Below are positions 39,782 through 49,491 of a stretch of 64,000 nucleotides of DNA, piece after piece; positions within the stretch are counted from its first letter, which is position 1; each line of letters begins with the position of its first letter. The stretch comes from an uncultured Planctomycetota bacterium (lineage in GTDB: Bacteria > Planctomycetota > Uabimicrobiia > Uabimicrobiales > JABWCH01), in the NCBI GenBank assembly GCA_964585305.1, contig CAZPDM010000013.1:1-64000 (forward strand), in the 5' to 3' direction. Both the position numbers and the translations under genes were made by a program. The notes beneath the pieces were generated by a model. It saw nothing but the letters and a program-made list of their open reading frames with translations, made no database searches and was not told the origin of the DNA.

Positions 39782-40303
39782 ATGGAACCTTTAAACTGCC
39801 AAGAAATCGAATTTACTATTAACGGCCAAAAATGGCGTGGAAAAGTTCACCCCATGAAACGACTGTTGGACACAATCCGCGAAGATGTAGGATTGAAAGG
39901 CACAAAAGAAGGTTGTGGGGAAGGCGAATGTGGAGCGTGTACAGTATTACTAGATGGACTTCCAGTCATGAGTTGCCTAGTTCCTGTATGCCAAGCAAAT
40001 GGCCATGAAATTACTACTATTGAAGGTCTAGAATATAACCAACAGCTTCATCCTTTACAATCCTCTTTTCTAAATCGCGGTGGAGCCCAATGTGGAATAT
40101 GTACCCCTGGTATGATTCTTAGTGCTTTGACCTATTTAAAAAATCCCCAATTGGCCAAAGATTGGCAACATGCTTTATCAGGAAATATGTGCCGTTGTAC
40201 AGGTTATACAAAAATTTTTGATTCTTGTCATCATGCAGAAAAAGTTTCGGATTCTTCCCATACCTGTACATGTTCCTGCCAAAATGAAAATAACAAAAAA
40301 TAA
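39782..40303 (+). CDS. [2Fe-2S]-binding small subunit of a xanthine dehydrogenase / CO dehydrogenase-family molybdoenzyme (CoxS/XdhC-like)
   Basis: Plant-type ferredoxin Cys cluster CGEGECGACTV plus second-cluster Cys residues (CGICTPG, CRCTGY). Confidence 0.8.
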   Translation: MEPLNCQEIEFTINGQKWRGKVHPMKRLLDTIREDVGLKGTKEGCGEGECGACTVLLDGLPVMSCLVPVCQANGHEITTIEGLEYNQQLHPLQSSFLNRGGAQCGICTPGMILSALTYLKNPQLAKDWQHALSGNMCRCTGYTKIFDSCHHAEKVSDSSHTCTCSCQNENNKK

Positions 40304-40388
40304 AAAATTTAGATAATTCGCTATTGAGTCTTCTAGTGATTGATAAGCGCGAATTTTTTATCAAAAATTGGATATTAGGAAAAATTTT

Positions 40389-41300
40389 ATGAGAAATTAT
40401 CTTACTGGAATTCAAGTAGTAAATTGCACATCCTTAGAAGATGCCCTAAAAATAATGGCACAACCTACTCCACCAACTCCTTTAGCAGGTGGAACGGATA
40501 TTATGGTCAATCTAAATTTTAAAAAATTATCCGATGGTATTTATCTAAATTTACACAGTATTCCTGAACTTAAGAAAAATATTCGTATTACAAATAATGA
40601 AATTATTCTTTCAGCATTGACTACTTATACAGATGTAATCTATCATTCTTTTTTTCAAAATAAATATATTATTTTACCACAGGCTGCTGCTTCAGTTGGT
40701 TCAATGGGAATCCAAACCCGCGGAACTTGGGCTGGGAATATTATGAATGCTTCCCCTGCCGCGGATGGAGTTCCTGCATTGATGGTATATGATGCCCAGA
40801 TAGTTTTGATTTCTCAAAAGGGAGAAAGAATTATTCCTCTTTGCGAATTTTACCAGGGATATAAAAAAATGCAAAGGCTTCCAGATGAGTTAATCAAAGA
40901 AATCCGAATTCCTATTGTTGAGAATACAGGTTTTCAATATTTTCGCAAAGTTGGCGAACGTAAAGCACAAGCAATTGCAAAAGTAACATTAGCGGCAAGA
41001 ATTGTATTAGATCAAGAAGGTCGCGTTCAAAATAGCAGATTTATTTTCGGCAGTGTAATGCCATATAGTTATAGAATGTTAAATTTAGAAAAAATATTAG
41101 CCAATCGTTCTATTCACACAGAATTAGTTAGACAAGCAGTAGATGTTGTAGCTTACGATTTAAAACCTATCACCGATATTCGTTCAACAGCACATTATCG
41201 CCTTCGTGTAGCACAAAATCTTGTAGAAGAATTTTTGAATCAGACTTTGGAAAAATATAAATTTAGTACAGCAGAAACCCGAAGGATTCATTCTGTTTAG
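40389..41300 (+). CDS. FAD-binding medium subunit of a xanthine dehydrogenase / CO dehydrogenase-family enzyme (CoxM/XdhB-like)
   Basis: AGGTDIMV FAD-binding motif, CO-dehydrogenase flavoprotein-like C-terminal region. ATG at 40389 with an AGGAAAA RBS. Confidence 0.7.
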   Translation: MRNYLTGIQVVNCTSLEDALKIMAQPTPPTPLAGGTDIMVNLNFKKLSDGIYLNLHSIPELKKNIRITNNEIILSALTTYTDVIYHSFFQNKYIILPQAAASVGSMGIQTRGTWAGNIMNASPAADGVPALMVYDAQIVLISQKGERIIPLCEFYQGYKKMQRLPDELIKEIRIPIVENTGFQYFRKVGERKAQAIAKVTLAARIVLDQEGRVQNSRFIFGSVMPYSYRMLNLEKILANRSIHTELVRQAVDVVAYDLKPITDIRSTAHYRLRVAQNLVEEFLNQTLEKYKFSTAETRRIHSV

Positions 41301-41409
41301 TCAAGAGTTAAAGACTTCGGAATTTTCTTGCCGAAATTCTAATAAATTTGCGCTGCTTGTTAATCAAACAGCGCAAATTTATTGGTCTATCAATAAATAG
41401 GAGACTGCT

Positions 41410-42624
41410 ATGCAGCATATCTTTTCTAGATATATTCTTTTGTATATTCTTATTATTTGCAATATAGTAGGTTGCAGTTACTTTAATGTTATAGAACGAA
41501 GGAATGATGCTATCAATCCAGCAACTCCTCCTGAAGAGCTAATGAAACTTGCGAAAGATCGCGATATGTCTGTTCGCATTAAAGTAGCACAAAATGATAA
41601 TGCTACAGGTGATATTTTAGCTGTATTAGCAGTGGATGAAGACGAATATGTTCGTGAAGCAACAGCCAGCCATCCTAATATAAATACAGAATCCTTAGCT
41701 TTGATGGCGGCGGCTTCAGATATTACTCCAGAAATAAAATTGGCGATTGCTAGTAATCCTAATACGGATCGAAAAACTTTAGAAAAATTAGCAGAAGAAG
41801 CTGATCCTGAAATTAGAACAAAAGTAGCAGCCCATAATAATATTTCTTTAGAACTTTTAACAAAATTGGCTGAAGATGGTGAACCTTCTGTACGTGAACA
41901 AGTAGCATATCATGTTGATGTAACTCCAGAAATATTAGCAAAATTATCAGAAGATAGTAGTATTTGGGTTCGTACAGCTGTGGCAAAAAATCCTAAAGCA
42001 ACATTGCTTACTTTACAAAAATTATCTCAAGATCCAGATATTGGAATTCGAAGAGCTATTTTATATGCAAAACGTGAATATGTAAAAAGAGAAGACGCAT
42101 CAGGAAAAGATTTAGCTTTATTAGTAAATGATTCCGATGATGAAATTCGAATTTCTATTGCACGACATTCTAATACGCCAGAAAATATATTAGCTATTTT
42201 AGCTAATGATAGCAGTCCTTTTGTGCGGGAATCAATTGCTGCAAATCCACGCACTCCTTTAGAATACCTAGAAAAATTAACATTAGATCGTAATTCTAGT
42301 GTTCGTAGTCAAGCCTTAGCAAATCCCAATATTTCACCCAAGGCTACAAAAGATTATAAATTAGAAGGTGTTGACTATCGTTATGGATTAGCTGCTAATC
42401 CTAACACAATACCCCAAATATTATCCGAACTCGTTTTTGATTATCAAAAAAAAGTAAGATTGGCTGTTGCTAAGAATCCTAATACTCCTAGAGCAGCACT
42501 TGCACAATTAGCATTAGATTCTGAAAATGAAATTCGAGCTGCTGCTATGGCAAATCCAAATATTCCTAGTCTAGAGCGTATTCAAGAAGAAGCAAAACAA
42601 TTTCGAGTATCACAAGGAAAATAG
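41410..42624 (+). CDS. Lipoprotein made of HEAT/LRV-type (leucine-rich repeat variant) repeats
   Basis: Lipobox IVGC. At least 12 repeats of the type VRxxVAxNPNTPxExL. Confidence 0.55.
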   Translation: MQHIFSRYILLYILIICNIVGCSYFNVIERRNDAINPATPPEELMKLAKDRDMSVRIKVAQNDNATGDILAVLAVDEDEYVREATASHPNINTESLALMAAASDITPEIKLAIASNPNTDRKTLEKLAEEADPEIRTKVAAHNNISLELLTKLAEDGEPSVREQVAYHVDVTPEILAKLSEDSSIWVRTAVAKNPKATLLTLQKLSQDPDIGIRRAILYAKREYVKREDASGKDLALLVNDSDDEIRISIARHSNTPENILAILANDSSPFVRESIAANPRTPLEYLEKLTLDRNSSVRSQALANPNISPKATKDYKLEGVDYRYGLAANPNTIPQILSELVFDYQKKVRLAVAKNPNTPRAALAQLALDSENEIRAAAMANPNIPSLERIQEEAKQFRVSQGK

Positions 42625-42651
42625 ATTTTTATAGAATTTGGAGAATATTTT

Positions 42652-43746
42652 ATGAGAGGATATGTAAGTTTAGTATTTTTTCTTGGTATATATTTTTTTA
42701 TATCAAGCAAGCTCATTTTAGGCGATACTATTTTTTTTCAAAATGGAACAATGCGTTCGAATTTAACAGTAAAACAAGATCAATATGATAAAATTATTTA
42801 TGATACGGAAAATGTTCTCAATATTACCATTTCAAATCATATTGTTACAAGAATTGAATATTCAGATGCTCCAGGCGTTTATATCGATGGTCAAAATGCT
42901 TTACTCAGAGCAGATTATTCTGCTGCAACAAAAGCAATGGCGGATGCTATTGAAATTGCTAAAAAGCCTCCCTTGATAAGAGATTGGATTAAACATTATG
43001 CTTTATTTTATCAAGCTCGTGCATATCATGGATGGGCAGAACGCATACGCGATAATTCTAAATTTCAACAAGCAATTGAATATTATCAAAAAACATTGGA
43101 ATCCGATGAAAAAGGCCATTTTGTTTTGGAATGCTACTGGCAAAAAGCTAATATTTATATTAAACTTAAACAATATGACCAAGCTACAACAGAACTAAAA
43201 AAACTTAGCAATATTACACAAAATTTAGATTCCAAGGATTTATGGCAATTTCGTATTGTTTTTTTGCAGGGGCATCTTGCTAAGGCAAAAGGAAATTTTG
43301 ACGATGCAATAGAACAATATACAGAAGCTAGAAAAATTGCTATTGCACAAAAAAGAAGTTATGATATGCAGGAAGCCATTTTAGCTATTGGCGAAGTTTA
43401 TATTATTCAAAAAGATTTTTCTAAAGCCGAAAATTATTTTAGTAAACTCATTCAAGAATACCCTGGCCAAAAAGAAATAGAAGCAGGAATAAAAAATGGC
43501 TTAGCATGGTGTTCTTTTCATCAAAAAAATTATGATAAAGCTCGCACATTGGCCTTGGACGTATTTTTAAAATATCCACAAGTTGTTCAACAACAACCAA
43601 TGGCTTTATATATTTTGGCAAGATGTTATGAAAAAATCTCTAAGTCTGCCCCAAGCACAGATTCTCCTAGCCAAATTTATTATGATTGGCTGAAAACTTC
43701 TTACCCCGATAGCGAATGGGCTAAAAAAATTGGCATAGAAGATTAA
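42652..43746 (+). CDS. TPR-repeat protein with signal peptide
   Basis: Multiple 34-aa TPR-like units (W/LG/Y/A/F/A/P pattern, e.g. AIEYYQKTLESDEK..., AIEQYTEARKIA...). Confidence 0.55.
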   Translation: MRGYVSLVFFLGIYFFISSKLILGDTIFFQNGTMRSNLTVKQDQYDKIIYDTENVLNITISNHIVTRIEYSDAPGVYIDGQNALLRADYSAATKAMADAIEIAKKPPLIRDWIKHYALFYQARAYHGWAERIRDNSKFQQAIEYYQKTLESDEKGHFVLECYWQKANIYIKLKQYDQATTELKKLSNITQNLDSKDLWQFRIVFLQGHLAKAKGNFDDAIEQYTEARKIAIAQKRSYDMQEAILAIGEVYIIQKDFSKAENYFSKLIQEYPGQKEIEAGIKNGLAWCSFHQKNYDKARTLALDVFLKYPQVVQQQPMALYILARCYEKISKSAPSTDSPSQIYYDWLKTSYPDSEWAKKIGIED

Positions 43747-43748
43747 AA

Positions 43749-44684
43749 ATGATAAGAAGAAACTATATTTTGGGAATACTGATTTTAGTTATTTTACTTG
43801 GATGTTCACCATCTGAAAAATTTTCTGACAAGGAAAACAATTCCAAATCATCATTACAAATCTCTATAGAAATAGATAAATATCCCATTACTATAAAAGA
43901 TGATCGTGAAAAATTGATTGCAATTCGAAGACCTCCTGAAAAAATTGTGATTGTTGGAAATTGGATGTATTTAGAAATTTTACTTGATTTAGATGCAGGG
44001 AATCGTATTATAGGAATTCCAGATACTAAAGAAACATTGCCTATTTTTCATGCAAAAAATGTTGGTAATGTTTGGCAGCCAAATATAGAAATTATTACTT
44101 CCTTGCAACCAGATTTAATTTTAGGTGGATATGGGGAAGTGCGACAAACCTTAGAATCTTTGGGATTTACTACATTAAATATCGGACAAAAAGATGGCTA
44201 CTTATATAAAATAGAAGACATTTTTTCTCTGATTCTCTCATTAAGCCAAGTTCTATATGGTAACGTAGAAAAAGGAAGCATACTTGTTCATAAAATTAAA
44301 CAAGAAATTACAAAGTATGATAAATTCCTTTTAGGAAAAAAAACTCCATCTGTTGCAATTCTTTATGCAACAGGACAAAACCGTCCGGTATATGTTTGTG
44401 GTTCCCAAACAATAGAAAATGAAATTGTTGTACGTGCTGGAGGAAAAAATGCTTTTGCCGATATTTCTGGAGGATGTGAGTTAAGTTTTGAAACTTTACT
44501 CTTGCGAAATCCAGAAATTATTTTAACTGATCCACAACAAATTCAAATTTTAAAAGAACATCCTTTATTACAAACACTGTCAGCAATAAAAAATAAAAAG
44601 ATATATTCGGTTTCTTCAAATCAATGGGTTTCTTCTCGTGTTGGACAAACCTTTCAAAAAGTTGTCAAACTCATACATCAATAA
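43749..44684 (+). CDS. ABC transporter periplasmic substrate-binding lipoprotein, cluster A / class III (FecB/BtuF-like)
   Basis: Lipobox LLGCS. PEKIVIVGNWMYLEILLDL and LQPDLILGGYG resemble siderophore/cobalamin binding proteins. No cognate permease or ATPase adjacent. Confidence 0.6.
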   Translation: MIRRNYILGILILVILLGCSPSEKFSDKENNSKSSLQISIEIDKYPITIKDDREKLIAIRRPPEKIVIVGNWMYLEILLDLDAGNRIIGIPDTKETLPIFHAKNVGNVWQPNIEIITSLQPDLILGGYGEVRQTLESLGFTTLNIGQKDGYLYKIEDIFSLILSLSQVLYGNVEKGSILVHKIKQEITKYDKFLLGKKTPSVAILYATGQNRPVYVCGSQTIENEIVVRAGGKNAFADISGGCELSFETLLLRNPEIILTDPQQIQILKEHPLLQTLSAIKNKKIYSVSSNQWVSSRVGQTFQKVVKLIHQ

Positions 44685-44818
44685 CTCTGCTCTAAACAGT
44701 AGATGAAAATTTCCTCAAACTCTTAACAAGTTAAAATTAATAGATATAGAAACAGTGATAGACTGTTGTAAATGATTCAAATAATTTGATTTTGTAACAT
44801 ATCGAAAGGAGTATTTCC

Positions 44819-45424
44819 TTGAAAAATACCCTTGTAATTTTATTAATATTTTTGTTTTCGAATACAATTTTTGCCGCAAGCATTTCTTTGCAAGTAATTT
44901 CCGCTGGATATGATACCAGTGGCTATCCTGGTGGAGTTGCACGACTTTATGTAGATGGCGTAGATTACTCCAAAAACGGTCGTGGTATCAATATCGTAGT
45001 CATTGATAAAACTTATGGAAATGTTGTAAGCAGCGTAGTTTTTGACACATATTTAAGCACAACTGCCTCAGCAAATATGGTAACATTTATCAATAATATT
45101 GCTGCTGGAAATATTGTAATTGCAGCAGTAAAAGATGAAGCGACAGACAATATCACTTCTACTGCTATAAACGCTTTGAAAACCCTTGGTGCAAGTAGTT
45201 TTGCTCCAGGGTACCGCGGTTCTTGGGCTTTTATTGGCGAAAAGGGATTAGCAGCAGGGGCAGGATTACAAGATACCGATCCTCGTTATGGTGCAGCTAG
45301 TACCTTATCAAAAACAGTTGAACTTATGATTCCTGAACCTGGTACATATTTTTTATGTTTAATTAGTTTAGTTTTTGTAACATATCATAGAAAAAAAAGA
45401 AATTTATTTGTCATAAAGGAGTAA
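44819..45424 (+). CDS. ILEI/FAM3-like domain protein with C-terminal PEP-CTERM sorting signal, paralog 1
   Basis: GRGINIVVIDKTYGNVVSSVVFDTY...LGASSF.PGYRGSWAFIGEKG matches the ILEI/FAM3 domain pattern. C-terminus IPEPGTYFLCLISLVFVTYHRKKRN is PEP + TM + basic tail. TTG start with an AAGGAG RBS. Confidence 0.6.
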   Translation: MKNTLVILLIFLFSNTIFAASISLQVISAGYDTSGYPGGVARLYVDGVDYSKNGRGINIVVIDKTYGNVVSSVVFDTYLSTTASANMVTFINNIAAGNIVIAAVKDEATDNITSTAINALKTLGASSFAPGYRGSWAFIGEKGLAAGAGLQDTDPRYGAASTLSKTVELMIPEPGTYFLCLISLVFVTYHRKKRNLFVIKE

Positions 45425-45427
45425 CCA

Positions 45428-46024
45428 TTGAAAAATATTATGATATTTTTATTTCTTTTATGCTTCTTTATAACTCCATCCTTTGCTATTAGTATTTCTG
45501 TTGAAGTTCTTTCAGCCGGTTGGGAAGATCCTGGTTTTTATCCAGGTGGTGGAGTTAGAATTTCTGTCAATGGTGTTGACTATGCTGCACACGGTAGAGG
45601 TGTAAATATTGTAGTCATCGACCAATTTTCTGGCAATGTATTAAATAGTGTTGTCTTTGATACCTGCGGAAACACTTCAGCTTCGGCTAGTATGGCTAAT
45701 TATATTAGCAATATTGCGACAGGAAGAATTGTTCTTGCTGCTGTACAAGATGAAGCCTATCAATATATGTATAGCGATGGTGTAAATGCTTTGAAAACAC
45801 TTGGAGCTAGCAGTTTTAACCAAGGCTATCGCGGTTCTTGGGCTCTTATTGGAGCTAAAGGTTTGGCCACAGGAACGGGGTTGCAAGTTAGTGCAGTACG
45901 TGGCACTGGGCCAAGTACCTTATCTAAAATTATAGAATTAAATACTCCTGAACCTGGTACATATTTTTTATGTTTAATTAGTTTAATTTTTGTAACATAT
46001 CATAGAAAAAAAAGAAATAAATAG
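45428..46024 (+). CDS. ILEI/FAM3-like domain protein with C-terminal PEP-CTERM sorting signal, paralog 2
   Basis: About 55% identical to paralog 1 over the ILEI-like domain. The last 72 nt (PEP-CTERM) are identical but for one base. TTG start with the same RBS context. Confidence 0.6.
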   Translation: MKNIMIFLFLLCFFITPSFAISISVEVLSAGWEDPGFYPGGGVRISVNGVDYAAHGRGVNIVVIDQFSGNVLNSVVFDTCGNTSASASMANYISNIATGRIVLAAVQDEAYQYMYSDGVNALKTLGASSFNQGYRGSWALIGAKGLATGTGLQVSAVRGTGPSTLSKIIELNTPEPGTYFLCLISLIFVTYHRKKRNK

Positions 46025-46062
46025 AGCGTGAAATACACGTCTAAAGAACATATAGGAATAGT

Positions 46063-47475
46063 ATGGTAAATTTTTTTTCTTGTTTGCTATTTATATTTAT
46101 TTTTTGTCCAATATTTACTTTTTCTCAACAAATAAATAAATCCAACAACATCGCCGAAAGCAATAATAAAGAAGTTAATCAAGTTATTATACGCGATCCA
46201 TTTTTAGAAGATTTACAAAAACGATCTTTTTTGTATTTTTGGGAATTAGCAAATACAGAAAACGGTTTGATTCCAGATCGTTATCCTACGCCATCATTTT
46301 GTAGCATTGCTGCAGTAGGATTTGGCCTGGCAGCATATATTGTTGGAGTAGAACGTCAATGGATAACTAGAGAGCAAGCTGCGGAAAGAGTACTCATTAC
46401 ACTAAAATTTTTTTTTAGATCATCACAAAATTCCAATCCAATAGCTACAGGCTATCAAGGATTTTATTATCATTTTTTGGATATGCAAACTGGGCTAAGG
46501 TATAAAAATGTAGAACTTTCTACTATTGATACTACACTATTTATAGCTGGCGTACGTTGTGTTGCAAATTATTTTAATGACAGTACTAATCCTATTGAAA
46601 TGGAAGTCCAAAAACTTGCAGAAAACCTTTACCATCGCATCAATTGGCAATGGTTTTATCAAAAAAATAATACTATAAGTATGGGATGGCATCCTGAAAG
46701 TGGTTTTATACAAAGTAATTGGCACGGATATAATGAAGCAATGATTTTGTATATTCTTGCTTTAGGTTCAACAACATATCCAATTTCAAATGTTTCATGG
46801 GAAACCTGGTGTAAAACATACACTTGGGAAAATTTTTCTGGCTATGCTCATATTAATTTTTCTCCTTTATTTGGCCATCAATATTCACATATTTTTATTG
46901 ATTTTAATGGCATTCAAGATAAGTACATGCGTGAAAAGAAAAGCGATTATTTTGAAAATTCCAGACAAGCAACATATTCCAATCGTCAGTATTGCATAGA
47001 TAATCCCAATGATTTCGTTGGATATAGCAAAGATATTTGGGGACTTACTGCATCTGATGGTCCAAATAAAACAGCATTATATAAAGATAAACTTGTAAAT
47101 TTTAATGGATATTGGGCGCGTGGTGCAAGTATTCTGGAAATTTGTGATGATGGAACAATTGCACCAACTGCTGCAGGTGGGGCAATTCCTTTTGCGCCGG
47201 AAATTTGTATTCCTTGTTTAAAGAGCATCCATGCCAAATATAAAGATCGTATTTGGGGAAAATATGGCTTTTATGATGCCTTTAATTTAAGTTGTAGTAA
47301 AGAAGGGTGGTTTGATCCTGATTATTTAGGTATTGATGTTGGCCCAATCGTTTTGATGATTGAAAATTATTATACCGGGTTAATTTGGGAATTGATGAAA
47401 AAAGATCGCTATATTGTTGCAGGTTTAAAAAAGGCTGGCTTTCAGGGAGGCTGGCTAGAAGATGAAAAAAAATAA
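46063..47475 (+). CDS. Secreted (alpha/alpha)6-type glycoside hydrolase-like protein (DUF3131/GH144-like or glycoamylase-like)
   Basis: Signal peptide. Overall resemblance to DUF3131/GH144 beta-1,2-glucanase-type proteins, from memory only, so low confidence. Confidence 0.35.
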   Translation: MVNFFSCLLFIFIFCPIFTFSQQINKSNNIAESNNKEVNQVIIRDPFLEDLQKRSFLYFWELANTENGLIPDRYPTPSFCSIAAVGFGLAAYIVGVERQWITREQAAERVLITLKFFFRSSQNSNPIATGYQGFYYHFLDMQTGLRYKNVELSTIDTTLFIAGVRCVANYFNDSTNPIEMEVQKLAENLYHRINWQWFYQKNNTISMGWHPESGFIQSNWHGYNEAMILYILALGSTTYPISNVSWETWCKTYTWENFSGYAHINFSPLFGHQYSHIFIDFNGIQDKYMREKKSDYFENSRQATYSNRQYCIDNPNDFVGYSKDIWGLTASDGPNKTALYKDKLVNFNGYWARGASILEICDDGTIAPTAAGGAIPFAPEICIPCLKSIHAKYKDRIWGKYGFYDAFNLSCSKEGWFDPDYLGIDVGPIVLMIENYYTGLIWELMKKDRYIVAGLKKAGFQGGWLEDEKK

Positions 47476-47506
47476 GTCATTTTAAATTATTTTATTAGGA
47501 ATTGCT

Positions 47507-49180
47507 ATGCCCACATATCAGTATATTTATACTATGAAGGGAGTCAGTAAAAATTATCCAAATAAAACTGTACTCCAAAATATTTGGCTTTCGTTTTATC
47601 CAGGAGCTAAAATAGGCGTTATTGGTGATAATGGAGCAGGAAAAAGTACACTTTTGCGTATTATGGCAGGAATAGATAAAGAATTTGACGGCGAAGCACA
47701 ACCTGCTACTGGCATTAAAATTGGCTACCTTCCACAAGAGCCACAATTGAACATGGAAAAGAATGTTCTGGAAAATATTATGGAAGGTGTAGCAGAAAAA
47801 CAAGCTATTTTGCAACGTTTTGAAGAAGTTGGAAATCTTATGGGCGAACCAATTAGTGAAGAAGAAATGAACAAGCTCGTAGATGAACAGGCTAAACTTC
47901 AAGAAACAATTGACGCTCAAAATCTTTGGGATTTAGAACGAGAAATAGAAATTGCTATGGATGCCTTGAGATGCCCTTCAGGTGATAGCAAAGTTTCGAC
48001 CTTATCTGGCGGCGAAAAACGTCGTGTTGCAATTTGCCGTTTATTACTTTCCCACCCTGATATGCTACTTTTAGATGAACCAACAAATCATCTTGACGCA
48101 GAGTCTGTGGCATGGCTGGAAAGATTTTTACGAGAATATACCAGCACCGTAATTATTGTTACACATGATCGTTATTTCCTGGATAATGTAACAGAATGGA
48201 TACTAGAACTTGAAAATGGCCGTGGAATTCCCTGGAAAGCAAACTATTCTTCTTGGCTTGCACAAAAAGAAGAAAAACTTCGTGAATCCGAAAAGCAAAG
48301 CTCAGATCGTAGTAAACAAATTGAACGCGAATTGGAATGGGTTCGCCAATCTCCAAGAGGGCGTCAAGCAAAAAGCAAAGCTCGTATTAAAGCCTATGAA
48401 GATTTGCTACGACAAAATCAGGATAAGTTGCCAGGACCAGCTCAAATTGTCATTCCAGCCGGCCCACGTTTAGGAAACTTAGTTGTTCAAGGTGAATCTT
48501 TAACAAAATGGTATGGTGATAGAATTATCTTTGAGAACTTCAATTTTTCTTTACCTCCAGGCGGTATCATTGGTGTAATTGGACCGAATGGCGCAGGGAA
48601 AACTACGCTTATCCGTTTGATTACTGGCCAAGAAAAACCTGATCGAGGAAGTTTGCGAATAGGCGATACAGTAAAGATGGCATACTTGGATCAATCTCGT
48701 GAAACATTACATGATGAAAATAGTGTTTGGCAAGAAATTTCTGATGGACAAGATGAAATCAAATTAGGAACTCGTACAGTAAAAAGTCGCGCATATTGTG
48801 CATCATTTAACTTTCGCGGGCCAGACCAACAAAAATTAGTAGGGAAGTTATCTGGTGGCGAACGGAACCGTTTACATCTTGCTAAGATGATGAAAGAAGG
48901 AGCAAATTTGATTTTGCTTGATGAACCAACAAACGATCTTGATATTGAGACCTTGCGCACTTTGGAAGATGCTGTCTTAGAGTTTGCAGGATGTGCAGTT
49001 GTTGTTAGCCATGATCGTTGGTTTTTAGATCGTATTGCTACGCATATTATTGCTTTTGAAGGCGAAAGCCAAGTTCGTTGGTTTGAAGGCAACTATGCTT
49101 TATATGAAGAAGATCTCAAACGGAGCAAAGGAGAAGGCTATCAACCTCATCGAATCAAATATAGAAAGTTATTAAGATAA
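47507..49180 (+). CDS. ettA: ABC-F ATPase, energy-dependent translational throttle EttA
   Basis: N-terminal YIYTMKGVSKNYPNKTVLQNIWLSFYPGAKIGVIGDNGAGKSTLLRIMAG closely matches EttA. Two NBDs, 557 aa, no TM domain. Confidence 0.85.
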   Translation: MPTYQYIYTMKGVSKNYPNKTVLQNIWLSFYPGAKIGVIGDNGAGKSTLLRIMAGIDKEFDGEAQPATGIKIGYLPQEPQLNMEKNVLENIMEGVAEKQAILQRFEEVGNLMGEPISEEEMNKLVDEQAKLQETIDAQNLWDLEREIEIAMDALRCPSGDSKVSTLSGGEKRRVAICRLLLSHPDMLLLDEPTNHLDAESVAWLERFLREYTSTVIIVTHDRYFLDNVTEWILELENGRGIPWKANYSSWLAQKEEKLRESEKQSSDRSKQIERELEWVRQSPRGRQAKSKARIKAYEDLLRQNQDKLPGPAQIVIPAGPRLGNLVVQGESLTKWYGDRIIFENFNFSLPPGGIIGVIGPNGAGKTTLIRLITGQEKPDRGSLRIGDTVKMAYLDQSRETLHDENSVWQEISDGQDEIKLGTRTVKSRAYCASFNFRGPDQQKLVGKLSGGERNRLHLAKMMKEGANLILLDEPTNDLDIETLRTLEDAVLEFAGCAVVVSHDRWFLDRIATHIIAFEGESQVRWFEGNYALYEEDLKRSKGEGYQPHRIKYRKLLR

Positions 49181-49183
49181 TAA

Positions 49184-49228
49184 AAAACGATCAGTTTTTA
49201 TAAATCTAAAAACTGATCGTTTTTTTGT
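49184..49228 (+). terminator. Rho-independent terminator after ettA (AAAAACGATCAGTTTTT-loop-AAAAACTGATCGTTTTTTT)
   Basis: Long perfect inverted repeat followed by a T-run. Confidence 0.75.
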
Positions 49229-49491
49229 TTTCTCTGTTCTGCTTACTTACCCTTTTTTTTGGGGAATAGTACTATATGCCAAGCCATGTTGAGAAAGACA
49301 ACGTTTAAATAAACATCGTTGTTGTTAAATGAAAAAATGTGAAAAAATATTTTCGTTGAATTAAAAATTTTTTTATGATATAATTATCATGATAAAAATA
49401 TTTGCTAAGAAAAATTTAGTGTTGGAGACATTTAGTAGTATTATTTTATAATAGGAGCATTGCTCTATCTAGCTCTATTGGGAAAGTTTTT

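Noticed and set aside
39782-41300. Calling this a complete xanthine dehydrogenase / CO dehydrogenase locus
   Set aside because: Only the Fe-S and FAD subunits are present. There is no molybdopterin catalytic subunit within the window, so I annotated the subunits only.
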